Assembly (NCBI GenBank): GCA_024704765.1
Contig: JAKMXF010000313.1
Span: forward strand, 341,450 to 405,449
Length of the DNA: 64,000 bases
Source of the DNA: Oopsacas minuta
Lineage: Eukaryota > Animalia > Porifera
Reading direction: 5' to 3'
This document shows positions 61,049 to 64,000 of the stretch, one piece after another. Each line of letters starts with the position of its first letter. The stretch's first letter is position 1. The position numbers and the translations under genes were made by a program. A model generated the notes under the pieces. That model was not told the DNA's origin and searched no databases. It saw only the letters and a program-made list of their open reading frames with translations.

Positions 61049-62587
61049 TCAATTATTGGACTTATAGCTACTACTGCCTCGTTTATCTATCTCACTCAAG
61101 AGCATATTAACTTCCTGAGTTAAGGTTAACACTTCATCCTCTCGTCCCTCCTTCTCAGCCTGAGAGAGATACCCTCTCAGCAGTCTCAGCTGTAAGATGT
61201 ACGGATCTTCTTCTACATCCTCTAGAGCTGTATTGTCAGTAGAGGAGGCTACCCATCCTGTGCTGAGCAGGTGAGACTGACTCCTTGGCTTACTTGGATT
61301 GGCTTCGAGAGATTTGTCTGATTGTCTGAATGATTTTGACATGACTCTCTCTTCCTCTCGCTTTTTGCGTATCTTAGCTATTTCAGCATCTGAGGGTACA
61401 TTAGGTAAACAAGCGATACGTTCTTGTAAGTATTTAACGGAAAAACTTCTCACTCCTTTGTGTAGTCTCAGCTGTCTGGGAGAATATTCGATCTCTTCAG
61501 CACCAGCGTCAGATCCACTGTTTACGGGTGTTTCTAATAAAGCCATTACTTTCTTACTCTTTATATCAATAGACTCGTACAATTGTAATATTGAGAATCT
61601 CATACGTTTAGCTTCATCACTGGTGTGTTCTATTTTCCCTTCAAATATTCCGCTAACCATACTTTCATACTTGGGAAGCATCACGTCTACTTCTCTCATC
61701 ATATCACATATGCTGGCGTAGAGGAGACTCAGTCTAGGCCTAGTGTGCACAGATTCAAGTCTCTGAATTCTCTTGTCTATAATAGCATTACATGAAGTAC
61801 ATAACCTCACAGCGTTATCCGACTTCCCATTCATTTCTCTTGCTTGCTCCTTCGCCTTCCTCAAAGCACCTTTACAAGCTTGTTCGTCTAGGCACTGCTT
61901 ATTCGTCTTCTCAAGGAGCATGGCTATCGGCATTGGTAGAAACATAGAACATCCACCACAAATCACAAAGCCACACAGCCTGCAATGGTGTTTGCTTGCC
62001 AATAATAACTTCTTAGAACAGATTGCGCAGTACTTGCCATCCTTATCTGACTGCCATTGAACAACCTCCATCTCCAACTTTCGCATCTTTTTCTCGGAAG
62101 GAGAACTGATCGTAGCTGTCTTCATACTCATCATCTTCCCCAACCGAATGAGTACTTTGTTTGTCTCTACCGTCAACTGGTCTACGTATTTATCCCTGAG
62201 AGGTCTATACAGGTTCATGAAACATCTCGAGCTGCCGATCTCCTGCGGCTCCCAGCAATAGTTGCTTATTCCACTAGGATTAGTGCTGGGTACACCTGCG
62301 GACGAAGAATCAATACTCATACTTGTGTTCTCTTCTTCTGTTGAATAATCTATGCTAGCTTTCAAAGATTTGCTTTGAGAGAAACTTGAACTGGAAGTGA
62401 ACTTCTCTCTAGCCTTTCCGATAAGTCCCTTCACAAAAGAAGGAGACTCTCTCTCCCGGAAAAGGGTTGTGAAACTTCTTTTCTGTGAGTGAACATCCTC
62501 GAAATGCTGCTGCAGACCTGTCATAGAGCCCTGGTCCTCCATACAGTGGGGACAAATGTACCCTTCCAAGCAAACCTCTTCTGCCAT
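61049..62587 (-). CDS. RBSN: Rabenosyn-5 (C2H2 finger, FYVE, Rab-binding C-terminal helices), single exon
   Basis: EGYICPHC...LQQHFEDVH, VVQWQSD...C..C...KHHCRLCG..C..C, and DPYILQL...AEKEGREDEVLTL. Confidence 0.9.
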   Translation of the reverse strand: MAEEVCLEGYICPHCMEDQGSMTGLQQHFEDVHSQKRSFTTLFRERESPSFVKGLIGKAREKFTSSSSFSQSKSLKASIDYSTEEENTSMSIDSSSAGVPSTNPSGISNYCWEPQEIGSSRCFMNLYRPLRDKYVDQLTVETNKVLIRLGKMMSMKTATISSPSEKKMRKLEMEVVQWQSDKDGKYCAICSKKLLLASKHHCRLCGFVICGGCSMFLPMPIAMLLEKTNKQCLDEQACKGALRKAKEQAREMNGKSDNAVRLCTSCNAIIDKRIQRLESVHTRPRLSLLYASICDMMREVDVMLPKYESMVSGIFEGKIEHTSDEAKRMRFSILQLYESIDIKSKKVMALLETPVNSGSDAGAEEIEYSPRQLRLHKGVRSFSVKYLQERIACLPNVPSDAEIAKIRKKREEERVMSKSFRQSDKSLEANPSKPRSQSHLLSTGWVASSTDNTALEDVEEDPYILQLRLLRGYLSQAEKEGREDEVLTLTQEVNMLLSEIDKRGSSSYKSNN

Positions 62588-63513
62588 TCTTTCAATAGAA
62601 CGAATGATACAGTCTATACTATTTTGCCTATTTCATTCTAAGACTAATATAATTGTAATTATGTATAGAATATTCTTAATTATCATCTACGAAATGCTAA
62701 GTATCCCATCAACATTCAAAATATCTGAAGTAACTGTAAAGGATAATTACATAACACTACCAAAGGGAAGGGAGGGGGTATACAAGTGTGACAGCCCCAT
62801 TATTTTTGTATTACAAAATGTCAAAAAGAGTGACACAGTGAGGGGGAGGGATCAAAATTTAGGAAGTTTTGCGGTACGTAACGTTTGAACGGGTCCAAAT
62901 ATAATTCTCAATTGGGAGTGGAAACGTAGAAATGTAGATTAGATTCAATTTGCTTATTCGAATATGTATTCCGAATGAATCTGAATTCAATAGGTAACGT
63001 AATATATTAAAAGGATAAAATTATGATAACGATAGTGAAAGACGCTTACCGTATTTCCCTTAGAGCCGAGCGTCGTGTTCAAATTTCACATCAACACGAC
63101 ACGAAAGACAGAAAGTAAAACACGAACAAGACACGAACACAAATAAACTTGTCCTCTCCGTAAAATAGGTAGATCACTAAGATCAGTCAACACTGAACGC
63201 CATTACTACATAATTACTTGTTTTATGAACTAAATTTGGGTTTCTCTAATTCACGGAACGGATGACATTTCACATCGATGGTAATCAATATGTTAAATTA
63301 CTTAGTATCCATTCAAACAACAATATTCAAGTTATTTCGCCTATAAATATTCCATCTCTAATTTTCGATCTCCTTATCTTGGCTAGAGGGAGGTACTTAT
63401 CCATCCGAAAGGTGGTCCGGATAAAATTCACGATTAGAATGATAAAAGTTATTTATTGGTATTATTAGATATTTTATTGATTTCGCTACAAAATAGAGAA
63501 AATTGATTACCAC

Positions 63514-63814
63514 TAGAGGTTGCAACGGGCCAACCGAGCCCGGCCCGACACGAGGCACACAGGCCCGAAGCATACCTAAAATATAGTTTAGAATATTTTT
63601 TAATTTGAATGAAAAATTGATTTAACCAAATCTTAAAGTCAGAAATTGTGATTGAATACAAATGATGATTGTAATTAAATGTTAGGAAATAAGCCAAATT
63701 ATTTCAAAAATTTTATAGCCGGTTTATTCGGAACCCTCAAGTATCGGCCATAATCCCGGCCCTACCCGAGGCCATAAACCCAAACTAGGCTCGTGCCCGG
63801 GTTTGCGACCTTTA
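63514..63814. mobile_element. hAT MITE (301 bp)
   Basis: TIR TAGAGGTTGCAA vs TAAAGGTCGCAA (10/12); TSD ATTACCAC / AATACCAC (7/8); GGCCC-type subterminal motifs. Confidence 0.75.
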
Positions 63815-64000
63815 AATACCACCAACGTGGAAAGTCGAAACAAATGCTTGACAACTGTCATGTAACAATATTTTGTGATTTACAAAGCCAAATGCAATAA
63901 ACAACAAATTTGAAATTTTTCAAGAAAAATTTGTCTGTTCCTTTCCGTGAATTAGGGATGTCTCTAATTTTACATGATATAATTAATTGTACAAACTCCA

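Noticed and set aside
11960-62344. Many short ORFs overlapping or antisense to real genes and repeats (e.g. 12772-13020, 48142-48456, 61299-61721, 41954-42433)
   Set aside because: Shadow frames of coding sequence or repeat-derived; no domain signal.

Overview
AT-rich eukaryotic (metazoan) genomic DNA. The host is not identifiable from sequence alone; laminin plus very intron-poor housekeeping genes suggest an early-branching animal such as a sponge (inference). Single-exon genes encode SAFB-like, GINS2, ATAD5, casein kinase 1 gamma, fructose-1,6-bisphosphatase, a divergent actin, a COP1-type WD40 protein, aprataxin and rabenosyn-5. CCT4 has two exons. A laminin-beta-like gene has five reconstructable exons, most of them missing from the ORF track. 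Intergenic DNA is dense in DNA transposon relics: two MULEs, piggyBac, a hAT transposase, a RAG1-core-like Transib with an RSS-like end, hAT and Tc1/mariner-type MITEs, and Helentron-like interspersed repeats. Best leads: (1) a bHLH-like segment fused to a RING-less COP1-type WD40 propeller; (2) the Transib/RAG1-like element; (3) an intact actin ORF with substitutions at ATP-hydrolysis positions; (4) the laminin short-arm gene, which either ends without a coiled coil or hosts APTX and RBSN in an intron; (5) a frameshifted PSTK gene. No CRISPR, rRNA or tRNA was recognised. All alignments were done by eye from remembered family motifs.
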